Assembly (NCBI GenBank): GCA_040905185.1
Contig: JBBDRZ010000007.1
Location: 63,817-127,816 of the forward strand
DNA from: Chloroflexota bacterium
GTDB lineage: Bacteria; Chloroflexota; Limnocylindria; QHBO01
Length of the DNA: 64,000 bases
Reading direction: 5' to 3'
The translations under genes and the position numbers were made by a program. The notes beneath the pieces are model-generated. The model was not told the DNA's origin, did no database searches, and saw nothing but the letters and a program-made list of their open reading frames with translations. Shown here one piece after another: positions 22,001-30,091 of the stretch (within the stretch, counting starts at the first letter, position 1; every line of letters starts with the position of its first letter).

Positions 22001-23543
22001 CGCGTTCTTCATCGTGGCTGCCTATGCCCTGTTCTGGCCCATCTGGGGCGGTCGCTGGCGTCGGAGCGCGTGGTGGGTGCTGCCCCTGGTGGGGGTCATG
22101 ATCGGTCTGGCCGCCGCGTCCAAGTGGGTGGGCTGGTACGCGCTCATCGGCCTGTGGTTCCTGGTCCTGCTTCGCTCCCAGCTGGGCCGATTCATCCTGG
22201 TGGCGGCGACCGGCTTCGCGGCGGTCGCGGTTGGCATGGGCGCCCCATGGCCCGATTCTCCGTGGCCGCCATGGCCCTTCACCCTCATCGCGCTTGCCGT
22301 GCTGGGCCTGGCGCTGGCGGTGGCCTGGGTCCGGCCCGTGCGCCTGTCCGGCTCCGAGCTGTGGGCTGTCGCCTCCACCGGGGTGGTGGTTGGCGCTATC
22401 GGTCTGTCCTTCGTCCTCGCATTCCAGACCCTCGACTGCGGCGCCTCGCCGTGCCGTGAGCCAGGAGGCATCGTGGAGCTGGGCTTCGGGATCCTGTTCC
22501 GCGGCCTGGAAGCCCACTGGCCGGCCATCGTGGCGCTCGGTATCGCGGCGCTCCTCCTGCTCGTCCGTGCCGCTCGCAGCCTGCTCCGACCGGACAGTGA
22601 TGCGCGGTGGCTCAAGCCGGCCGAGATGGCCGGCTTCGCATGGCCCTGGATTTTCGTGTGCCTCCTGGTCGTCCCGCTTGCGGTGTACGTCGCCACATAC
22701 ATCCCCTGGCTGGACGTGGGCCACTCGTTTGCGATCCCGAACAGCGGCCCCGGCTACGCCTGGTCACTCGACGAGCTGCATGCCCAGATGTTCGGCTACC
22801 ACTACGGCTTGCAAGCCGGTCACGCGGCCTCGTCGCCGTGGTGGAGCTGGCCGCTGGACCTCAAACCCGTCTGGTTCTACAGCCATTCATTCGACCTCCT
22901 GCGCGTAGCGGTGACCTACAACGGTGGGAACCCGGTCCTGTTCTGGGCCAGCGTGCCGGCCATCGGGGTGGCTCTCCTGCTCGCCTGGCGTCGGCGCTCG
23001 TGGGCACTTCTGCTGGTGGTGATTGCCTTCGCGTTCCAGTACCTGCCCTGGGCGCGGATTGAGCGAGCGACCTTCCAGTACCACTATCTGACCGCGGTGC
23101 TGTTCGCGTTCGTGGCGGTCGCCTACGTCCTGGACGAGGTGCTGCGCGATCGATCGTTGCGCGACTACGGGATTGCATTCCTGATCGCGGTGGGGGTGAC
23201 GGGGCTGATGATCTACCCGCTCAACTCGGCGCTGGCCATGCCCGACTGGTACGTCAACGCCGCCCGCGCGCTGCCGCCGTGGAACTACGCGTTCCAGTTC
23301 CCGGGGCCGCCCCAGGGTGAGCGGCCGCCACTCATCAGCACCGACATCGTCGTCCTGGCGCTGGCCACGGTGGTGTCGCTGGCGGCGGCGGCGTTCGCGT
23401 CGTTCGGTCACGACCTCCTGGCCGGCCGGATTCGCGAGCGGTCCGGCTCCTCAGCTGGTTCGGCGGAGGGCGGTAGCCAGGACCAGGATCCCGATGACGA
23501 CCAGGCCGATGGGCCAGACGAGGTCCCAGTTCAGCCAGGGTAG
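19026..23543 (+). CDS. Very large GT-C fusion: N-terminal GT-C glycosyltransferase plus a PMT/GT39 protein O-mannosyltransferase-like module with an inserted beta-propeller-like domain
   Basis: N-part has DYPPG, NSAVWGQMD and RVHERYLFP. C-part has IFDEVYH, THPMLAK, AWRL, SRIAMNDIF, SKWVG, SSPWWSWP, GNPVLFW and FQYHYL. The start could be 18981, 18990 or TTG 19026 (TATACT at 19010-19015). Confidence 0.88.
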   Translation: MPTRRFLDPFGTLLVLLLAGLALRVLVATVILPQSGLHNDITAFSAWALRLADVGPAEFYAPGYFADYPPGYMYVLWLLGEVSRFLEPLLGASPIRGLVKVPGIAADLGVAWLIYLIAVRFFGDRPPIRWLGSGARIGLIGAALYLFNPGTVFNSAVWGQMDAVGVLVILAGLYALGRGWTEAAGLAAVVALLIKFQFGWLVPIVAVVGLKRHLFGRSSDATLAARPDPVRVLTSLAVGFGTLVALLLPFGMTLLRTGDPTTGLIDKFLAAANQYQGLTINAFNLWRNPWSGLSQVQQWGNDQAIALNLGGLDVTWAMVGIALFALAVVAALVAVARRDDMHGILMSSLTMAVAFFALPTRVHERYLFPAIALAAPLAGTAVRWALAFATISALFFLNIYWVYSADWSYAAPPVINPGLGGEPFARDPLLAATVFSDMGVYLVSASVVVVLGWIVWQALRPEPLPGDVAARAVDVEAAEEAAAAASAVRAARGRPGWRWLRQDAVAEDEREPPRRLDRLDLALVVALVALALVLRLWRLDVPRSMIFDEVYHGRTAAEYLANWTWGWDRDPYEWTHPMLAKYLIAAGIVVANPNQVSGSTDLDAPATSLAVAPQKTASGWPASIVFSSDGSRTIEARDASTGVVADSWEADGPVSSLAWDPDTGRLLAGLGDSGTIAAWDLNAFLSGGAERAPPVVTFGIETGMTGVLQLLVPLADSVLVVRGPDEVAVFERVTGAEMARREMTVSAITYTSAVSGDNEVSARVIVIDPNREVVLSLDAGTLRTETTETPESAPLGLLMTSGRGTNQLTWVPVGPLPATAEHPATTGGMMILRGGGIIPDDTIPLPGPARALGWDQVANLVYVAGPQQVWTIMPHGDSRSGYAVYDETPVEGEPLAFAFDVSDTSQTDDHGRLIVSTQRADGGALVSLDIGDNAYAWRLAAAVFGALLAGLAYAFTAMLFRRRSIAILAGLFVAVDLMSIAMSRIAMNDIFVAFFIVAAYALFWPIWGGRWRRSAWWVLPLVGVMIGLAAASKWVGWYALIGLWFLVLLRSQLGRFILVAATGFAAVAVGMGAPWPDSPWPPWPFTLIALAVLGLALAVAWVRPVRLSGSELWAVASTGVVVGAIGLSFVLAFQTLDCGASPCREPGGIVELGFGILFRGLEAHWPAIVALGIAALLLLVRAARSLLRPDSDARWLKPAEMAGFAWPWIFVCLLVVPLAVYVATYIPWLDVGHSFAIPNSGPGYAWSLDELHAQMFGYHYGLQAGHAASSPWWSWPLDLKPVWFYSHSFDLLRVAVTYNGGNPVLFWASVPAIGVALLLAWRRRSWALLLVVIAFAFQYLPWARIERATFQYHYLTAVLFAFVAVAYVLDEVLRDRSLRDYGIAFLIAVGVTGLMIYPLNSALAMPDWYVNAARALPPWNYAFQFPGPPQGERPPLISTDIVVLALATVVSLAAAAFASFGHDLLAGRIRERSGSSAGSAEGGSQDQDPDDDQADGPDEVPVQPG

Positions 23544-23927
23544 GAACTCGGCGGCCAGGAACCAGGCCCCGATCACGATCAGGATGGCCCCCAGGATCAC
23601 GCGGCCGCCTGGCCCGCCTGCCGCGTTGGCAGCCGGGGGCCACGAAGCCGGAGCAGCGGAGCCTGTCGCCGCGGGTGTTTCATCCCCTTGCTCGCCCGAT
23701 GGCGGCGCGGCCGTGAGCCCCGCGGCTGCGCCCACCGGGTACGGCTGTTCGGGGACGACTGCCCACATGACCAGGTAGACGACGAGGAACACGCCGCCCG
23801 AGAAGAAGGCCAGCAGCAGCCACAGGACGCGAGCGATCGAGGGATCAATGTCGAAGTAGGTGGCGGTACCCGCCGCCACGCCGCCGATGCGACGATCGAC
23901 CACCGATCGGTACAGACGACGGTTCAT
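23451..23927 (-). CDS. pspC: PspC-domain protein with a C-terminal LiaI/LiaF-like TM hairpin
   Basis: RLYRSVVDRRIGGVAAG...DPSIARV...YLVMWAVVPE. Confidence 0.9.
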   Translation of the reverse strand: MNRRLYRSVVDRRIGGVAAGTATYFDIDPSIARVLWLLLAFFSGGVFLVVYLVMWAVVPEQPYPVGAAAGLTAAPPSGEQGDETPAATGSAAPASWPPAANAAGGPGGRVILGAILIVIGAWFLAAEFLPWLNWDLVWPIGLVVIGILVLATALRRTS

Positions 23928-24889
23928 GAGCAGCCTCCCTCCGGGTTGAGCGTGAACGCGGCCGCGTTGCCGCTGAAAACGATGTCAATCCGGGTTTCCG
24001 CGGACGTGTATCCCGGCGTGCGCCACACGTCTCCATCCTCGGTCAACCCCTCTTCGTCGAGGTTATGACCCACCGCGACGTCACTGCCGATGGTGACCTG
24101 CAGGCCGATATCATCCGGGACGCAGACGTGGAACTCGCCCGCATTCGCGCTGAGCCGCACCGAGCCGACCTCGGTCTGGTCCGAGAACCGAATGCCCGCC
24201 GATCCCGCGTTGAGTGATGCCTCCACCGTGTCCGCGGCCGCGTCCGAGAGGTCTACCGTGAACGCTGCCGCGTTTCCCTCCACCTGGATCGCGCCCCAGT
24301 GGCCGCCGGCCAGATCCAGGGTCGCGTCCCCGGCGTTGAGCGAGGTCGACAAGTTGGTGTCCCCGTCCTCAGGGAGTGTCACCGCCACGTGGCGGCGTCC
24401 GCCCAGCGACACCGCGTCGCCGGATCGAATCCCCAAGTCTCGCTTGCCCGAGGACAACTCCAAATCGGGCGCGGACTCCTCGTCGGCCTCGACGATCCAT
24501 TCCCGGCCGTCTCCGCCGGTCACCTCGAGACTGACGCAGTTGAGATCCAGCTGCACCTCCGCGCCGTTCCCGCGGAAGGAGCCTTCGTCGAAAGCCTGCA
24601 ACGGGCCGGGATCGCCGCCACCGCACGCCGTCGGGAGCGAACCCCCGCCGCCCACCAGGCCCCCAATCAGCGCGCCGAGCATCACCCCGGCCAGGCCGAT
24701 GGCAACCACGCCCAGCCTGCCGGCGAATATGACGGCCACGCCGGCGCCGATCAGGATCAAAGGCCACCACCGCGAAGCCTCAGCCAGGATCTCGTGGCTG
24801 ATGTAGCCCTGTTGAATCGCCAGGATCACCACCCCGGCGCTGACAAGTGCGGCGCCCCAGAAGATGGCGCGGCGCGACGCGGATTTCAT
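23924..24889 (-). CDS. LiaF/DUF5668-like membrane protein with a C-terminal adhesin/toast-rack-like beta domain
   Basis: FWGAALVSAG...RWWPLILIGAG; repeated xNAGxxxL beta units; ATGA-coupled to pspC. Confidence 0.75.
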   Translation of the reverse strand: MKSASRRAIFWGAALVSAGVVILAIQQGYISHEILAEASRWWPLILIGAGVAVIFAGRLGVVAIGLAGVMLGALIGGLVGGGGSLPTACGGGDPGPLQAFDEGSFRGNGAEVQLDLNCVSLEVTGGDGREWIVEADEESAPDLELSSGKRDLGIRSGDAVSLGGRRHVAVTLPEDGDTNLSTSLNAGDATLDLAGGHWGAIQVEGNAAAFTVDLSDAAADTVEASLNAGSAGIRFSDQTEVGSVRLSANAGEFHVCVPDDIGLQVTIGSDVAVGHNLDEEGLTEDGDVWRTPGYTSAETRIDIVFSGNAAAFTLNPEGGCS

Positions 24890-25030
24890 GGCGACTGACT
24901 CCCCTCCGGGCTAGGCTCGCCCATTCTGGCACCCGTCCCGTTCCGACTCCAATGCCATTCGGCCCGATTCCTGAGCGGTAGTAGGCTTCCTGGGACACGG
25001 ACGTTCCGAAGGGGGTCTAGAAAGTCCGGC

Positions 25031-25099
25031 ATGAAGATTGTGGTTATTGGCGGCAGCGGGCTAATCGGGACAAAGCTCGTGAACAAGCTTCGTCAGCGC
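25031..25099 (+). pseudogene. 5' remnant of an SDR/NmrA-like NAD(P)-binding oxidoreductase
   Basis: Translates as MKIVVIGGSGLIGTKLVNKLRQR (Rossmann GGxGxxG), then runs into unrelated sequence and stops at 25177; lower GC than its neighbours. Confidence 0.75.
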
Positions 25100-25110
25100 G
25101 CGAGGCTCTT

Positions 25111-25145
25111 GACACGAGTCATATATTCACCAAATGACTCGTATC
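25111..25145. promoter_or_regulatory. Probable TetR operator / promoter
   Basis: Inverted repeat GACACGAGTCAT-(11 nt)-ATGACTCGTATC (11/12 match) enclosing TATATT and the tetR ATG. Confidence 0.7.
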
Positions 25146-25751
25146 GCAAATGGCACGCAGCGTGCCTACCGGAGTGACCTTCGGGCCCAGCAGGCCGAGG
25201 AGACGCGGTCCCGGATCCTGGACGCGACGGTGCGGGTCCTCGCGGCCGGCGTGGCGAGCGTCTCGATTCCCGGCGTGGCGCGCGAAGCAGGGGTTTCGAT
25301 CCCCACCGTGTACCGCCACTTTGGGACCAAGCGGGACCTGCTGGCCGCGGTCTACCCCCACCTGGTTCGCCAGTCGGGCCTCTCCGAGCTGATCGCTCCG
25401 CGCAACATGGAGGAGTTCGGCCAGATGGTTCGCCAGCTCTTCGGGCGCATGGGGTCATTCGACGAGATGAGCCGGGCGGCGATATTCAGCCCCGCGGCCG
25501 ACGAGGTCCGGCGGATCAGCATGCCGGAGCGGATCGCCAAGAGCCGCGCCTTCGCCCGGCTGCTGGCGCCGGGGGCCAGCGCCGCTGACCTGGAACGCAT
25601 CACGCGCATCTTCGTAGTCCTCACCAACTCGGCGGCGATGCGGATCTGGCGCGACCACCTCGGCTCCTCGGTCGACGAGGCGGCCGATGACATCGTCTGG
25701 ATCCTGCGCGCCGCGATCGCCACAGCCCAAGGGGGGAAGGCACGTTCATGA
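25134..25751 (+). CDS. TetR/AcrR family transcriptional regulator
   Basis: TRSRILDAT...VAREAGVSIPTVYRHFGTKRDLL helix-turn-helix. Confidence 0.93.
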   Translation: MTRIANGTQRAYRSDLRAQQAEETRSRILDATVRVLAAGVASVSIPGVAREAGVSIPTVYRHFGTKRDLLAAVYPHLVRQSGLSELIAPRNMEEFGQMVRQLFGRMGSFDEMSRAAIFSPAADEVRRISMPERIAKSRAFARLLAPGASAADLERITRIFVVLTNSAAMRIWRDHLGSSVDEAADDIVWILRAAIATAQGGKARS

Positions 25752-27928
25752 ATCCGAGCGCACTCCGACAACTCCGAGATGTCCGCATGGCCGATGCCGC
25801 CCAGGTTGGCGGCAAGGCCGCCAGCCTGGGGGACTTGATGGCGGCGGGAGTCCGGGTCCCCGACGGGCTGGTCCTCACCGCGGATGCCGCGGAGATGAGC
25901 GCCAACGAGCGCGGCGCCCTCCTCCGAGCTGGCGCCGCGGACCTGGGGAGCGGGCCGTTCGCGGTCCGGTCCAGCGGCGTCACCGAGGACGGCGCCGAGC
26001 ATTCGTTCGCCGGGATCTATGAGACGGTGCTGGACGTGGCGCCCGACGACCTGCCGGAGGCCTCGGACCGGGTGCTGGCCAGCGCCCGCGCGGCCCGCGT
26101 CGCGCAGTACGAACCGTCCGGCACCGGGACGATCGCGGTCATCGTCCAGCGCATGGTCGCGCCGGCAGCCGCCGGCGTGGCCCTGACCGCCGACCCGGTC
26201 AACGGGGATCGGTCCACCTCGGTGATCACCGCGGTGCGAGGCGTCGGGGACCGGTTGGTATCCGGGAACGCGCTTGGCGACGAGTGGGTGATCCGTGGCC
26301 GCAAGGCCACCGCCCGCCGGCAGCCGGAGCAGGCGCTCGACAAGCGCCAGGCCCTGGCCGTGGCCCGCGAGGCGCAGCGCATCGCGACCGCGCGCGGGAC
26401 CCCGCAGGACGTCGAGTGGGCGATCGACGCCGACGGCGCGCTGTGGATCCTCCAGGCGCGGCCGATGACCGCGCTGCCGCCCGACGTCTCCTGGGCGTCG
26501 CCAGCGCCCGGCGCCTACACCCGCACGTATCGGTTGGGGGAATGGATCTCGGAGCCGGTGACCCCGCTCTTCGAGTCGTGGCTCTTGTCAGCCATGGAGA
26601 TCCGTCTCCACGGCCTCCTCAAGCGCTGGTTGGGGCAGCGCGCGCCACTGCCCCACCACGTGGTGGTGAACGGCTGGTACTTCTACTCGCTGAACTGGTT
26701 CTCCCCCGGGTCGCTGCTCCGCAGCCTGCCGAGCATCCTGGCCCATATCGTGCGCGATCCGCGCCGCGTGGCCGGTGTCTTGCCACAGACAGTCCGCTTC
26801 GCCGTCCCGATCATCGAGCGCGGATGGCGCGAGGACGTTCAACCCCGCTATCGGGCGGCGGTCGCGGCCGCCGAGGAGCGGGTCGAGGAGCTGCCGGTGG
26901 GCGAACTCCCCGAGCTGATCGACGCGCTGGCCGACCTCGCCGGGGAGTACTTCACCTGGGTGGCCGGGCTGACCGGCGCCGCCTACAAACTGGAGCTCAA
27001 CCTGGCCCAGTTCTACCGCAAGCACCTGGCCCCGGCGCTGGGTGGCAGCCACCTGCCCCTCGTCTCCGGCTTCGAGCCGCCGGCCGATCCGGGGCGCCAC
27101 GCGGTCGTCTCGCTCGACTGGTGGCACGCCGCCGCACCGCTGTCCGCGGCACCTGCGAACGAACCGAAGCACGCCCGCCTGGTGGAGACGCGGCAAGCTG
27201 CCGAGGCGGCCGCCCTTGTGGCCCTCGCCAACTCACCGTCGAAGCTGCGGGCCTTCCGGAGACTGCTGGCAGACGCCCAGCACCTGGTGCCCATCCGCGA
27301 GGAGCAGACCGGCGAGCTGACCATCGCCTGGCCTGTCATGCGCCGGGCGGTCCTGCGCATCGGTGAGGCCCTGGCTGAGCGCGAGGTGATCCGCGAGCCG
27401 GACGACGTCTTCTTCTTGACCCGGACCGAGGCGCTCGCCGCGCTGGAGGGAACGCCGCTGCCGGCGACGGTCGACGTGGCCGGCCGCCGGGCGATTCGCG
27501 AGGAGCAGGCCAGGCTCGTCCCGCCACCGATGGTCGGAAGCCTGAACCGGCAGCTGAAGGCGTGGTGGGACAGCCAGCCCCGCCAGTTCGGTGCCAAGCG
27601 ATCGGAGACCGCCATCGTCTCGGGTGCCCCCGCATCGCCAGGCCGCGCCAGCGGACCGGTCCGCGTCATCCGGGGTCCGGACGAGTTCGATCAGCTGAAG
27701 CCGGGCGAGATCCTGGTGGCGCCGCTCACCGCGCCGGCCTGGACTCCGCTCTTCAGTCGGGCGGCGGCGGTGGTCACCGACGTGGGGAGCGTGGCCGCCC
27801 ACGCATCGATCATCGCCCGCGAGTACGGGATCCCAGCGGTGGTCGGCTGCGGCGACGCAACCGCCCGCCTGCGAACCGGAATGCGGGTCACCGTGGACGG
27901 CAGCGCGGGGACCGTCGAGCCGGAGTAG
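25748..27928 (+). CDS. PEP-utilising enzyme family, rifampin-phosphotransferase-like architecture (ATP-grasp, substrate domain, C-terminal phospho-His swivel)
   Basis: GGKAASL, AVRSS..ED...SFAG, DVEWAID, LQARP; C-terminal AHASIIAREYGIPAVV. Confidence 0.88.
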   Translation: MNPSALRQLRDVRMADAAQVGGKAASLGDLMAAGVRVPDGLVLTADAAEMSANERGALLRAGAADLGSGPFAVRSSGVTEDGAEHSFAGIYETVLDVAPDDLPEASDRVLASARAARVAQYEPSGTGTIAVIVQRMVAPAAAGVALTADPVNGDRSTSVITAVRGVGDRLVSGNALGDEWVIRGRKATARRQPEQALDKRQALAVAREAQRIATARGTPQDVEWAIDADGALWILQARPMTALPPDVSWASPAPGAYTRTYRLGEWISEPVTPLFESWLLSAMEIRLHGLLKRWLGQRAPLPHHVVVNGWYFYSLNWFSPGSLLRSLPSILAHIVRDPRRVAGVLPQTVRFAVPIIERGWREDVQPRYRAAVAAAEERVEELPVGELPELIDALADLAGEYFTWVAGLTGAAYKLELNLAQFYRKHLAPALGGSHLPLVSGFEPPADPGRHAVVSLDWWHAAAPLSAAPANEPKHARLVETRQAAEAAALVALANSPSKLRAFRRLLADAQHLVPIREEQTGELTIAWPVMRRAVLRIGEALAEREVIREPDDVFFLTRTEALAALEGTPLPATVDVAGRRAIREEQARLVPPPMVGSLNRQLKAWWDSQPRQFGAKRSETAIVSGAPASPGRASGPVRVIRGPDEFDQLKPGEILVAPLTAPAWTPLFSRAAAVVTDVGSVAAHASIIAREYGIPAVVGCGDATARLRTGMRVTVDGSAGTVEPE

Positions 27929-28102
27929 GCACCAGCGCTCGGTCGGATCATGCTTGTCCGACCGTGATGCGTGCATGGACAATGCGTCACGACGCCGTCG
28001 CGGTTGCGCGGACTCCCACTATTTGATACGGCGTTGGAGCCATAACGACCTCGCCACGGGGCGGCAACTTCGCGATCCTCTATCTACTACCCCTCCCGTT
28101 TC

Positions 28103-28132
28103 TTGACACTGCCCGAGATCCGCCCGTAGACT
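28103..28132 (+). promoter_or_regulatory. Sigma70-type promoter of the ABC/GNAT operon
   Basis: TTGACA, 18-nt spacer, TAGACT. Confidence 0.7.
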
Positions 28133-28204
28133 CCGCCGGCGACCAACGCCGGGTGTAGCCGCCACCCGCCACCCTTTCCGTTCGCAACGAGGAGCCGCAT
28201 CGCC

Positions 28205-28261
28205 ATGACCTGCACGCTCAGCGCCCCGCGAAACGGGAGATCTGCGCCCACGACCCGCTGA
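28205..28261 (+). CDS. Putative leader peptide MTCTLSAPRNGRSAPTTR (18 aa)
   Basis: GAGGAG SD upstream; lies between the promoter and a terminator within a 5' leader of about 250 nt. Confidence 0.5.
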   Translation: MTCTLSAPRNGRSAPTTR

Positions 28262-28295
28262 CGATCCGGCGGCCCCGCCGCCGACCCAGACCCCA

Positions 28296-28327
28296 GCCGT
28301 GGGCCGATCCGGACCACGGCCTTTTTG
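28296..28327 (+). terminator. Attenuator-type intrinsic terminator in the 5' leader
   Basis: GCCGTGG-G-CCG-ATC-CGG-A-CCACGGC followed by CTTTTTG, 57 nt upstream of the ABC ATG. Confidence 0.7.
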
Positions 28328-28383
28328 TGCCCGGTCCGCATCGGTCCAGCCGACAACATCGGTCCAGCCAGAAGGAACTGCAG

Positions 28384-29289
28384 ATGCAGACCGGAATCAA
28401 CCCTCAGGAAAAGACGGTGACCGACGAGCGCCCCACCGCGACGGTGGAGGCGCCGCAGGTGGTGCTGCCTGAGCCGATGCTGCCGCTGGCCGTCATGGCC
28501 GAGCACGTCAGCAAGCGCTTCCAGGTGGGCCGCAAGAAGCGGCCTGTGGTGGCCATCAACGACGTTTCGATCCAGATCGAGCGCAACGAGATCTACGGCA
28601 TCCTGGGCGCCAACGGGAGCGGGAAGTCGACCCTCATCCGGCTCTTTTCAACCCTGCTGACGCTCGACACCGGGCGGGTCGAGATCTTCGGCCATGACAT
28701 CGAGCGCAACGAGATGGCGGTCAAGCGCCTGATCAACCGGGTCAGCGTGGACGCGGCCTTCTTCAAGAAGCTGTCCCCGTTCGAGAACCTGATCTACGCC
28801 GCTCGCCTGTACGGCATGGACGCCCGGCTGGCGCGGGTCGAGGCGATCCGCATCCTGGCCCGGCTGGGAATCGCCGAGAAGCGCCTGTCGCGGCCGCTGG
28901 AGCAGATGAGCCGGGGCATGCAGCAGAAGGTGGCGATTGCGCGCGCCCTGCTGACCAGCCCCATCCTGCTCCTCCTGGACGAGCCGACCACCGGCCTGGA
29001 TCCACGGTCCAAGCTGGAGGTCCAGACCTTCATCGAGGACGTGCGGGACAACCACGACGCGACGATCGTGCTGACCACCCACGATCTGGACGAGGCGGAG
29101 CGGCTGTGCCGGCGGATCGCGATCCTGAACGACGGGCGGATCGTGGCCGAGGACACCCCGGCCGGCCTGATGGCAATGGTCGCCGCCGAGCACGGCCAGC
29201 CGCCGACCATGGAAAGCGTGTTCATGACCTTCACCGGACGGTCGCTGGACGACGACGTCGAGGAGAAAGAACCCGAAGAGGACGAGTAG
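28384..29289 (+). CDS. ABC-2 type (DrrA-like) exporter ATP-binding protein
   Basis: GANGSGKST, MSRGMQQK, LLDEPTTGLDP, TTH; GAAGGA SD before ATG 28384. Confidence 0.92.
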   Translation: MQTGINPQEKTVTDERPTATVEAPQVVLPEPMLPLAVMAEHVSKRFQVGRKKRPVVAINDVSIQIERNEIYGILGANGSGKSTLIRLFSTLLTLDTGRVEIFGHDIERNEMAVKRLINRVSVDAAFFKKLSPFENLIYAARLYGMDARLARVEAIRILARLGIAEKRLSRPLEQMSRGMQQKVAIARALLTSPILLLLDEPTTGLDPRSKLEVQTFIEDVRDNHDATIVLTTHDLDEAERLCRRIAILNDGRIVAEDTPAGLMAMVAAEHGQPPTMESVFMTFTGRSLDDDVEEKEPEEDE

Positions 29290-30090
29290 ATGGCCATCCT
29301 GACCCGCGAGCTGAGGGCCTCATACGCCTTCGTCGAGCGGAACTTCAACCTCACCAAGCGCTACTGGGGCTGGGAGGTCGCCTTCCTGGTCTACTCGGTG
29401 GCGGGCGCCCTGGCGGTCGCCCTCATCGGTCAGTCTCAGAACGACCAGGTGCTGTTGCTCACCCTGGCGGTCGGCGCCATCTTCTGGAACTACCTGTCCA
29501 TCCTGTTCAGCTTCATTGCCGAGACCGTGGCCTGGGAGCGCTGGGAGGGGACCCTGGAGTACACGTTCATGGCCCCCGTGCGGCGATGGACCCACATGCT
29601 GGGCTCGACCATCTTCGCGGTGACCTACGGTCTGATCCACACCGTGGTCATGCTCGTGGTGCTGGCCCTGTTCTTCGACCTGAACCTGGCCCAGGCCGAT
29701 CTCGGCACCGCCGCGGTGTTCATGGTCCTGGGCTCGTTCTCGTTCATCGGGATCGGGATCATGACCGCCATCCTGCCGCTCATGTACGTGGAGCGCGGGG
29801 CGCAGATGACGTTCGTCCTGCAGTCCGTGCTGCTGCTGATCAGCGGGGTCTACTACTCCGTCGAGATCCTCCCCGAGTGGATGCAGTTCCTCAGCAACTT
29901 CAGCCCGGCCACGTACGTCCTGGACGCGGTGCGCGAGGGGCTCATCAACGGCACGTCGGTCACCGCGCTGCTCCACGACGCGTGGCCGTTGGCCGTGATG
30001 GGGTTCGTATTCATTCCCCTGGGCCTGTGGGCCTTCGGGCGGGCCGAGCGCTACGCCAAGCGCACCGGCCGGCTGAAGCGGGTGGGCTGA
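29290..30090 (+). CDS. ABC-2 type exporter permease
   Basis: WERWEGTLE, ISGVYYSVEILPEWMQ..S...PATY; six TM segments. Confidence 0.9.
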   Translation: MAILTRELRASYAFVERNFNLTKRYWGWEVAFLVYSVAGALAVALIGQSQNDQVLLLTLAVGAIFWNYLSILFSFIAETVAWERWEGTLEYTFMAPVRRWTHMLGSTIFAVTYGLIHTVVMLVVLALFFDLNLAQADLGTAAVFMVLGSFSFIGIGIMTAILPLMYVERGAQMTFVLQSVLLLISGVYYSVEILPEWMQFLSNFSPATYVLDAVREGLINGTSVTALLHDAWPLAVMGFVFIPLGLWAFGRAERYAKRTGRLKRVG

Positions 30091-30091
30091 C

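Noticed and set aside
13995-22724. Very long antisense ORFs (1164 aa at 13995-17489, 1269 aa at 18915-22724) and similar shadow ORFs elsewhere
   Set aside because: They mirror real genes on the opposite strand, have no recognisable motifs, and are expected in GC-rich DNA.
23451-23543. 93-nt convergent overlap between the GT-C fusion and pspC
   Set aside because: The overlapping tail is low-complexity and most simply explained by stop-codon drift; nothing supports a function.
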